A DNA stretch of 64,000 nt from Laetmonice hystrix (taxonomy: Eukaryota), in contig OZ249437.1 in the NCBI GenBank assembly GCA_965235115.1, positions 30,690,001-30,754,000 on the forward strand, given 5' to 3'. Below, piece by piece: positions 24,901-35,605 of this stretch; position 1 is the stretch's first letter, and every line of letters starts with the position of its first letter. The translations under genes and the position numbers were made by a program. The notes under the pieces were generated by a model, which did no database searches, was not told where the DNA came from, and worked only from the letters and a program-made list of their open reading frames with translations.

Positions 24901-27900
24901 ATCCTAAATGCTTTTACATAATTCTTCGCGTCAAGCTGGCAACAATCATGATGTGCCTGATTAGCATATAATGGACTCCTTTAATAAAACCTTGCCCATT
25001 GCCGTGGTTACACAGTCATTTTGTATCTCTACAGAACAACTTCATTAATGTGGGCACCCTGGATTGCCACAACAATGAGGAGATCTGCACAAAACTAGGA
25101 GTGGAGCATGGCATATTCTACTTCAATGCCAACAGAGTGAAAAAAGGAGAAAGTGTGGTGAGGCATTGATGTCACTTCACTTCATTTTTTAAGAAAATTA
25201 TATATAATCTGAGACTTTTTTGCCCAAACTGCTTGTTATAATTGATGGTATGATTTGCCGCCACTACCGGTACTTGATTTGAACAGATGCAGGTTTGAGT
25301 CTGTACTGTATTTCAGTTCATTTAGATAATCGTAATTTGCTTTAAGGACAGGTTAGAGGCTGGTATTTCCACAATGGAAAGTTGTCTTTTTGTTGAACCA
25401 CAGGAAATTGGAAGTCTGGATGCTAAGGAGGTGGCCCTAACTGCCCTTCAGCAGCTGCCTGAGGTTAACGGCATAGACAAAGACCTCTTTATTGTGAGTA
25501 TTCATTAATTAACTACATATCATTGAGCCATTTGTACTAATTTTACTGTTTATTAAACCCTGGTATATGCCAACAATATATGTGAATGGTCTATACAGGA
25601 CGGCAAAGTGTAATGTAACAAAGGCAATGGTAGAATCTAAACTGCCTGAGGTATCCAAGTCCCAAGAGAAATTCACACTTGAATATTGGATCTTTTTTTG
25701 TGTGCACAGAGTGTTCGGAAGAAGTTGGAGGTTCCCAATGGAGAAAGTCCGTGGCTGGTGTACTTCATGAATGGAAATATAATGGACCTGGAAATGAGAA
25801 AGTTACCAATGATGTTGGATACTATAAATGCAAGTCACTTCAGGAATCAATTAACCTTATTAATTAGCTCTTTCTATACAATGTTTTTTCAGATTAATGG
25901 TACCATAAACATCAGATTTAATATCAATTGCATTCAGATATCTACTTCATAAAAGGGGTGAACAGGTCAGGTCTAATGTTTATCTGTGATTAAGAATTCC
26001 CTAAAATAGGAAGAGAAAACAGTAGTTAAGAAACAAATAATTTAACTTTGGTATGCTTGGTGTTCCAGGTTGGTCGAGTGGACTGTCAGCAAATGAGAAC
26101 AGAGTGTAACAACTTGCATATTCACAAGTTTCCCACGTTTGTACTTTTCAAGTCTGGGGGTGGACATGAGATTCATCATGGTTAGTAGCTTTCATTTCTC
26201 GCTATTCATTGACTGAGCACTCGGGGAGTCATGGCAATGGGTGAGATCTCTTTGAAGGAGTTCATTATAGGTTAGTGAGGCACAGCATGATCGTTGCTAG
26301 CTAGACTCAAAGAATTATGTAAAAGCATTAAGAATTTATGCATGCCAACCATTCAGCATTTAAACAATATAAATCCTACTTTTTTCAAAATATAGAATTA
26401 TACAAATGTTAAAGATCAAGTAGTTTCCCAGTAAATGAATGTTATATTTCTTGCTTAAAGCACATTGTCATCAGCCAAGAATGGACTATATTTGATGTTA
26501 ACAATAGTTTATGAAGAATGCCACACTCTGTCCCATGTAAACCATTGTCAAAAGCAGAGCGTATTTTTCTTTGCCATACCATGTATTGGATGCGAATGTA
26601 CTGTGTTTGCTCAGGGAGGCTAACGGCTCATGACGTCGCTGCCTTTGCTCGAGACAGCTCAGGCACACAAGTTGTTGTCCTCGGCCCTGAAGATTTCCCT
26701 GGTCGTGTCATTGACACCCAGCAGCCTTGGTTCGTGGATTTCTTTGCCCCAGTAAGTAATGAAGCCTAGACTCACCATCAGAGTTTTATCACCTACAAGA
26801 CATTGATAAGGAGAAATTTCCTATGTTTCTATGTGAATCTGTGTAATGCAACATTCACGTCTGCTTGTATCCTACCCAGTGGTGTCCGCCATGCATGCGA
26901 CTTCTGCCAGAGTTCAGGAAGGCCTCCAAACAAATGGTGGGCGCCATTAACTTTGGCACCGTCGACTGCACAACTCATGTTAACCTTTGTCAAAATGTAA
27001 GTACGAAACCTGACCACTACTTTTGAATTATCACGTGTTGAACACCAAACTTGGGTTCAAACAGCCAATGAGTGTTTCTCAGTGGAGAACTTTAACCATA
27101 TGTTATGCTTGTGGATTTTCAGTATAACATTAGGTCGTATCCTACAACAATATTCTACAATCAAAGTCAGCCTCACCACTTCCATGGTGACCATTCCGTC
27201 AGCTCAATTATTGAGTTTATTGAGGTGAGTGCTCAGACCAAGAAATTTATAATATTTGCAGTCGTGTTAATTACCGGTACGAAAAAAGGCAAGAATTGTT
27301 GTATTTGACTTGTTGAATTTTGGCAGTAGCCTTTACCTTCATACAAGTGTCATTTTAACAAAATACAAAATACCTTATAAAGTTTGACTCTAAACCTTCA
27401 TGGTGACAGATTCATGATTTATTTACATACAGGACACATTGAAACCACCAGTCCTGATATTAGACCGGACAAATGTCAAGAAGGTTCTTAGTAACAAACC
27501 AGCAGAGCAGATGTTACTCGTCGACTTCTTCGCCCCCTGGTGTGGACCTTGTCAACAACTGGCACCAGAATGGCGCAAATTGGCAAAGGTATGTGGCCCT
27601 TTTGACTCACAGGTGTAAACAGCTGTTTGATATTGCCGATATGATTTTCTCAAGTAAGGGATTATCATGCATCTCTGATTTCTTCACTCTGATCATAGTG
27701 ATGGGACTGTACATTGAACCGTGAAGTTTCTTTCTTTGTTTTCCATACTAGTTGATGGGTGGCATGAGTAATGTCAAGGTTGCACAGATGGACTGTCAGG
27801 CAAATGGTGACCTCTGCCGTGCACAAGGGATCAACAGCTACCCGGCCATACGACTCTATCCTATAGGGGCTGTTGGAAGCCATTATTTCCAGTAAGCTAA

Positions 27901-29532
27901 TATAGATTGAATTATTTTCAGCTCTAGTTCCCAATATATGTAAGTCAGTAAATCTAAGCTGTAAAAATGGTGTAGTTTATGATCAAGAGAGCTAGGTAAG
28001 GTTGATCTGTTCATATTGATATTTATTTGTTGGCCTCTTGCTTTCAGTGATTACAACAATTGGTTCAGGGATGTGAACTCGCTTCGTACCTGGGCCATGG
28101 AGTATATGCCCAGTAAGGTGACCAATTTAGACTGGGATCAATTCCAAACGATTCTGAAGTCGAAGGAACCATGGATCATTGATTTCTATGCTCCATGGTG
28201 TGGACACTGTCAGATTTTTGCTCCAGAATTTGAGCGTGTTGCAACGGTAATTTTACTTTATACATTTCTGATTGTACAGCAAATTATGGTGTTACAGTTT
28301 TGTGGAAATGTCTGGGAGGTTAATGTATAAATCTTTTGCAAAAATATAGATCACTTCCTTAATAATAATTTGCGAGAATTAAGTAAACTTATAGACAATA
28401 CGGGAGTTTCACAAAACTAGTTCACTCAAATCCCATTGTGCGCCGCCACCGCTGAAAGCCCACTTTCGCCGACACTGGGACTTCCGGTGTCAACACCCAG
28501 TACGACACACCGCCGGTCTCTTTCTGAGTATACATGATCATCGGGCTCAATTGGGCTGACATGCTCTACCTCGGTTGCCAGTGAAACAAGATTCCCTTAT
28601 TTGGTCTTCTTGCTGCATGGCAAACCTCTTTCTGCCAAATACTTTCGTAATTCCTTCACTGTCCGGCCGCAAAGCCATGACTCCGGAAGAAGCAGTGACT
28701 GCAGACGACTCAGCACACATGCGCAGTGACGTGTGCCGCTAAGTGGGATTTGCGTGAACTAGTTAATGGAAAACCCCGTATTGTAGTGACTGGGTGTAAA
28801 TAAATGTAATGAAGATGTCCTCGAACCAATTGTTTGCAGAGTGTCCAAGGTCAGGTACGTGCAGGGAAAGTTAACTGTGACAACCATCAACACCTCTGTC
28901 AACATGCTGGTATCCAAGCATACCCCACTATTAGGTTCTACGGTGGTGTCCGTACTGGTTCCAGTTACAAACAGGTAAGTCACCGCCTACGGGCATCACA
29001 TTGCTTTGCATTTAATAATTTGTAACAAATAAAACATTTTTAGTATCTTGGCGTACGTATTGAGAGATACATTGAAGGTATTTTACAGTGCAAGGCTTTG
29101 TTTGATTACAGAATATTTATGGAGAAAATATAGATAGTCAAGATGGGGACTACATAATTCGTTTTCTTCATCAAAGGGTTCCACATGAAGAGGTAAGTTA
29201 GCTAAATGACATCTTGAAAAAAAAAGAATCCAAAATGACAATTGATATTCTTTGTGAGTAAAATGCAATCTTGTATCCAAGTATTGGACTTCCAGAACTA
29301 AATTATTTGCAGTTTTCTGCAGTTGATCCCAAAAGAGATTCTGGAGGATAATCACTGTGACTAATAGTTGTTAACTCTGGAAAATAAACAAAGAAGACCG
29401 GAAATGTAATTACCCCCTGGTAACCGTCGATTTTGTAGTTCTTACTGATAACTTTAGGTTTTAGACTTGTAGCATACCACCCGTATAAAAGCATAACTTA
29501 TATCATTTCAGAATTTTCACGATGAGCTATGA
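21964..29532 (+). CDS. DNAJC10: DnaJ homolog subfamily C member 10 (ERdj5), ER disulfide reductase/co-chaperone; 782 aa
   Basis: 19 phase-consistent coding exons: 21964-22134, 22611-22830, 23251-23336, 23840-23965, 24421-24589, 24778-24821, 25035-25157, 25404-25493, 25710-25829, 26069-26180, 26615-26751, 26880-26996, 27123-27224, 27433-27588, 27752-27891, 28048-28246, 28840-28974, 29112-29192, 29512-29532 (sum 2349 nt). Signal peptide; J domain (DFYKLLEI...HPDKN...[15 protein letters not shown]); thioredoxin sites HCGHC, WCPPC, WCGPC, WCGHC; C-terminus NFHDEL-stop. This is the known ERdj5 architecture. Confidence 0.97.
28395..28784. mobile_element. MITE in DNAJC10 intron 16
   Basis: About 40-bp imperfect TIRs: ACAATACGGGAGTTTCACAAAACTAGTTCACTCAAATCCCA versus reverse complement ACAATACGGGGTTTTCCATTAACTAGTTCACGCAAATCCCA. 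Explains why this is the longest intron within the CDS (593 bp). Confidence 0.8.
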
Positions 29533-29752
29533 CAACCTCTTTGGATCATCAAAATAGTTGTGTTACAATGGCGACTGATTCCAAGATGTTTGTTGGAACA
29601 CACTCAATTTTCAATTATTTATTGAAGGTTTTGTTTTTCCATATACCGGATATATGGTGAGAAAATGAGGCTTTCCAGACAGAAACAGGTAACTGCTGAA
29701 TATCGGTATTTAGCTAAGTTGTAATATTACGAAGATGATAATGCTGCTACCT

Positions 29753-29758
29753 AATAAA
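29753..29758 (+). terminator. Candidate polyadenylation signal of DNAJC10
   Basis: First AATAAA, about 220 nt after the stop codon. Confidence 0.45.
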
Positions 29759-32700
29759 ACTTTTGTCAGGAGTTAGCTAGTTCCTTTGGGTTGAAGAACG
29801 TCAAGTTGGATGTTGAGAAAATTTTACGAACTTACCTAGCTAGGAATAATCTTCACAGTATTCTCATTTCTAGGTGATGTTATTGAAACTTTACATAGTG
29901 CAATTTTTTCTTAAGAGTACTTTTACTTTTGATAGTGCCATTTGCAAAAATTGAAGGGATATTTTTCTTAGAAAATCATACAACATATTAACCAATCTTG
30001 GGTAAAGTGTCCACACACTAGTATTAGTAGAGTGGAATTTAGTTTAATGTGGAGATGCGGTGTTTGGTGATGTTCGATCTAGAAAGATGTTTTAAAGTTG
30101 TAGAATATGAAGATAGATTTCTTCCATGTATGTAAATCTTGCATGATGTATGTAAACCAGCAGAGATGTTGGGATAACTAGGAATTAGTGTACCAGTTAA
30201 CATCATCAATGAGAACAAAGGGGGGAGATAAAGGGGGTTCTTTCTCTTGAGATGGTTCTAAAGGGACAGCTTCTTTTCTTTGGGCGGAGAGCCTGGTTGT
30301 ATGTATTATATTTATTTGTGGAACATTGTAATGGAAGTTGCTGTCGCCCTCACAAAGAATTATGAGTTCTTCAGATCCACTAGAGAAAGTTTAAGGTCTG
30401 ACGGCAAAGCTTAGAAGAAACATCTGAGGACTTTAGCAAAAGGGAGTTTTCTCCTAATATGACCGTGATCCACAGAAGTCTGAGTTCCTACTGGTTTGGG
30501 GCTAGGGATTAACTGATTTCAGTGAAATGTGTTGCTGCTGACAGTAATGTGATATGGAGAATGTATTTTACATGCCTAAGGTAATCGCGTGTTGATGTAA
30601 GGCAGGGAGGTACTCGCGGCATTTTGTGGCACTCACGACATCGCTTCCTATGTGTTGAGTACAACCCTATGTTATTGTCCCAGCCTTGTAGTCACTTTCC
30701 ACGAGTCTCATTGGTTTGTTCGTGACAAGGGGAGGGGGAGGGGGGAGGGGGGAAGGGGTTGCCGGTTGTATACTGGCTTGCTCAAAGACTATCCGATAAC
30801 TCGTATCCAGGGGACAGTACATGTAATAGGCGTGCATCTGTTTAAGGATACGGTGGTAAAGAAGTTCATATCAGAAATCCTGTGATATCAGTGGTGGAAA
30901 GTTAGTGAAGAAATGGTTTGATAGTGACCGGACGGAAACAAAAGGGATTGGCTTCTCTCTCAGTAGCCTCAGAAAGTGGTGGAGCAACACCCCCCCCCCC
31001 CCCCTCCATGAATAGGGGGGCAGGACAAATTGAATATTCAGAGTTCATGCAATTAGGTTGCAAGTGAAGACACTAGCTATAACTGCCATTGACAGTTCTG
31101 AGCTTTACTGGTTATTAATTGGGAAGAGCTGTGTTGGGTTAAGATTGTTTGGTGTTAGTCTCTGCCGGTGTTTCCAGTGCAGTTTGGGGAGCAATGGCTT
31201 AGAGAGGTTTGAATTGGTTCTATCAAACGTGATTGTATGGATATAATTCTCAATCAGGGTGTCAGTGAGTAAAATACACAGCGGATACATTGATGAATGC
31301 TAACAGTGTGATTATAGCAGGATAAATTTACCCGATCTCGATGGGTTTTTACGTATCCGCTGAGCGTACCAACTACCATTATCTGAAAGGTTTTTTCCTT
31401 GTGGTGAGGTAGACGTCGAAAGAGTATGAGCTTCCAACTCTTACATTTTTCCTTATGGAAGGTCAAGGTAGAGTCTAAGCAATGTAGCGATTGTACAGAT
31501 ACTGTTCTCCATAATGCTGTATCTGTGTTTTATCTCAACCTAGACACATTGTGGTTAAATGGGCATAACATAAACACTGGCTATTATAATTATATAGAGC
31601 AATTACTGCTTTAGTTTACACAACATACAGTATGATAATATTGATGAGATGTGATAACAGTTCTTCCTGTGGAATGGAAATCTATACTGGCCCTGATGTA
31701 TTGGGTCGGCATTATCAAACACCCAAAGATTGCATTTATAATTGGATGGTTTCTTCTTCACCGATAAAACAACTATGTGTACCCGCACACTAGTGATAAA
31801 AACTTTCTGTCTATATTATTACTAACAGTCTGTGTGTCTTGTATACTACTGAACCGCAGAGTATAGCTTATGTTTTCTTTAATTCTGCCTACATGATTTC
31901 ATAATATAATAATTACATGTGTACAAGTTCTTGCGGAAACTGCCTTTTAGACTTTTAGACCTTGAATACATACATTATGGAAATAAGAAACAAAAGTTAA
32001 CATCTAATTTCCATTTACACAGGACATATAAAAAACAGTAGTATGGAGAAAGACGCACAACAGGTCTGCGGGCAAGGGCACGTGCACCATGTATGTTTTT
32101 TTTTATAGATTGATCCTGTGTGAATAAATTGAGGCAGTGCGTGCAATGTACTTTACGGAACTAGTGGATAGGTATACAGGTGGCACGGTTCTAGAAGTGG
32201 TTCAGAAACAGTAAGGTCAATGAAAGGTCAGGAAATAGGTAGTATTTTGGAGTACGCCAGGATGTAGTTTACGTTTCAAAGTGTAGACATGTTTCAGAGT
32301 TTTGTTTTGTTTTGTAATGTGAGTAATTGACCCAGATCTAAGCTAACTCTCACAGTCTGTACTTCCCGACCTGTCGTCTACAAATTGACAAAGAGATAAA
32401 TCGATAAGTTCCATAGATTTGGTGCACAAAATATGACAATACGAATGTGTTACGTTTACGCTATGCTCTCGTGTAAATTTAGTATTCCTCATGCTATTCT
32501 CCAAACGTACATTTTTGTTACTTGTAACTCTATACATTGTACAAGACAGCCAAGTGTGAGATAATCACGTAATTCAGCGTGCAAAGTACGTAAGAATTCC
32601 CAGTACCACTTTTTTCTTCTTTTTTTTAAATACATATTGTGATGTAGGAGGTTGGCAGGCCTATTTGTTTTTTGTCCTTGTCTACGAGATCATCAGAATC

Positions 32701-33735
32701 GTGACCCGTGATGAAAAAGGATGTGGTTAATAGTTCCCTTCTGAAGAGTTTTAAATATTGTAGCAATATAGAAAAACGCAAAGCTGCGATGGAAGTACCT
32801 GCACATATAAATGTTGTGAAATGGTTGTTGGAACCAAACACGAGTGTAGTTTAATCGAAGTAACATATTCAGATAACAGTTGAGAAACTGCCGCAGTATA
32901 AAGTGCAAAAAGGTCACCCTGTGACAAGTCGTGTTGGAAACATTGGGGTGCATGTAGAATCACTTATCGGTGCACCCGCAGTACATCATCCAATCCTGCC
33001 TGGATGTAGTAGTATGTATGTATTGTATTCATGGCAAAATGTGTTCATTTAATGTCAAACATCAATTGGTGTATAGTCTCACATTTAGAAGTAGGGTTAA
33101 ACGAGTCTGTCACTCGAAGTGGGGAGAATGCGATCATGAACGGGAATCTTCAATGTTGTGATTCTTTCATGTACCACCCGCGTATTCACAAATAAAAGTT
33201 GTACGGATGGGGACGTTAGTTACCCACTGTATGTTTGTATATGTTGGTCGTTGTCTGTTTTATGGACATAGGTATAGTGAAGTCGGGGCAATTATCTGGG
33301 ACAGATGGTGGAAACGTATTAAACCTTGAAAACAAGAAGAAAAACTGTGGTTTCGAGTCTCGGAAATCTCATAATAACTGTTCAAAGGAAAAACTGAATG
33401 ACGCATTTGGTCTGACCCTGGGATTAGAAATGTCCTTGTGACTGCCTGTCCCATCCTTTGTCCCCAGACCCTGTACATGAAGCTTTGAAATTCTATCTGG
33501 GAGTAGGCGTACGACCCGGAATCGTATCAAGTTGCGACCAACTTTGCCACGGACGTCTGCACTGGAGCCCTGCTGTATATCCTAGCCGTCTGTAGTTTAC
33601 AATGATTTCCAAAATGTATCCATCTATATCTTTTTGTTAAATACAAAAATGTAACGGAGGTCTTCTTTCTAAAAGTCATTTCTCATATTCTCCATCTTTG
33701 TGTGGGTCCTGCTGACCTAAACGACCAGACGTTAA

Positions 33736-34265
33736 AGGGGCATGCTATGAAACACGTTTTTTTAGATTTCCGGCAATTATCCAACATGATCGTGTACTAG
33801 GGATCCAAGTAAATAATCCTACCACAGCATTTTGTCCTCCGACGTGTTTTCGCTGCGTATGCAGCACAAGTAGATTCTATACGACCAAACCTATAGATTT
33901 CTCCCAATAGCACATCTCCCACCATAATTTGCTATAGACAACCTCCCATCAACCCGTGTAATTGCATACTGTGTCACATCCTGTCTGTGCACTCTCTGCA
34001 TGTGCTTAGTCACGTGCTTTGCTTAGTTGTAAACAATTCAGCAGTGGCACTCGATCGTCCGGCATCAGAATGCCACCCAAAAAATATTTTACGAAATCGG
34101 CAGAAAAGCAGGCAAGGGAGCTTCATAAACTTCGATTTCTCACACAAAATGAAACTGATACGTCTGTCTTTGTTTAACAAGCAATATTAATGAAGGATCT
34201 CTTGATGAAAACAGCAAAAGTTCTTTGAAATACCGATTTTTCACGTTTCCTCATAATATGCCCCT
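33736..34265. mobile_element. Kolobok-like MITE
   Basis: TTAA|AGGGGCAT ... ATGCCCCT|TTAA: TTAA target duplication with purine-start TIRs; imperfect similarity extends about 25 bp. Confidence 0.75.
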
Positions 34266-34839
34266 TTAAGAACACCGGAAAGTTGGCCGTATTAAGTGTC
34301 CCCCCCCCCCACCCAGTCACAGATAAACAAAGCTACCAGGGGCTGTCGGGTGGTCTGCTGCAGGGGGCCGCCTTGACCAGCGGGTCGGCTCTGATAGCTT
34401 CCAAAAGTTTCCTATGGAACGCCATTGGAGACAACTACCACAGGACACTTTAATAATTATTTCCACTTCATCCTTCATTAGTCAGTACCTTGCAAAAGCT
34501 GTTAGTGAACTTAAAACGGGGTTGACGAAACTCTCTTTAAAAAACTTCAATTGATCTTTTATACATTTTAAAAAGAACTGGGAGTGGGTTTGAACGAAGT
34601 GATACAGGTGTATTAATCTGTTGTGTGAAGATTATGATACGGGGAGGGGCAAACAAGGCTACGCGTATCTAATTTATATTCAGTTGCTAATAATATTCAT
34701 AGCGATTAAAAACACCAACGACATGTCATAGGCAATCTGACTCTATCCGTGCGTCATTGTACCGCAATGGGACAAAGTCAACAAAATTTGATAACGTCGG
34801 AGGTCAGTTTGAGTAGGCCTACCAAATCAGTGCCAGTTG

Positions 34840-34897
34840 ACACGCGTCCCCGGCCTTTGCTACATAGGCCTACACGAGACACGCCGACATATTGAAG
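34840..34897 (+). other. Probable non-coding first exon of the secreted-precursor gene (5' boundary approximate)
   Basis: Strong donor AAG|gtaagc at 34897/34898. The coding exon is preceded by acceptor tttttgtacag at 35595, 10 nt before the ATG. Confidence 0.4.
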
Positions 34898-35605
34898 GTA
34901 AGCTTCTTATACGAGTGGGTAGTTTCCATTCTTAGGAAAAGTATGTGAATAAGGTATAGGGGGCCGACCTGATGAGATCGATGTATACCCTTTGATTTTC
35001 GGGGACGGGAGGGGTGCCCAAATTGAAGTTGAATAAAGTATAGATCTAGACATCCTTTACAACCTATAGTAGAGTAGAGATAGCGATAGGCCCCATCTTC
35101 TGATCGTGCAGTTGCCCTGCATGGAACAACCATTTTATACAGGCAATTGGCAATTAGAAAACTACTTAATAAAATCTTTTATGGTTGAAAAGTGTGGGTA
35201 CTGCTATACACGTCTCTTGTACCCCCCCCCCCTCTGGATCCACCTATGTTGTTGGAATATTCCCGGGTTGAAGCTCTTCTTACCCCCGTCTCATTCTGCA
35301 GCAATGATCTTATCTCCCTCGATACGCGTCGCTTGGCCCTTGTTGACTCAAGTGGCTCTCATATATAGATGACAATTGCGGTTAGGTGGTAAAGAATCCT
35401 TTTCTGAGAATGAGGCTTCGGCTCAATTCTTGTTTCATTGTAGAGACCTAATCGTCGTAGTATTTATCTAATTTGTGCAGGTTTCATACAAGGTTTCATA
35501 TACATATAACTTTAAGTTGAAGCCCCAACGTCATCCATGCAGTTTTCGCTTGCATTTCCAATTTCGAATTCAGTGGTCTCTGTATTTTTGTACAGATATA
35601 TAAAG

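Noticed and set aside
22377-29494. Short ORFs antisense to or overlapping DNAJC10 exons and introns
   Set aside because: Shadow ORFs of the real coding exons or random intronic frames.
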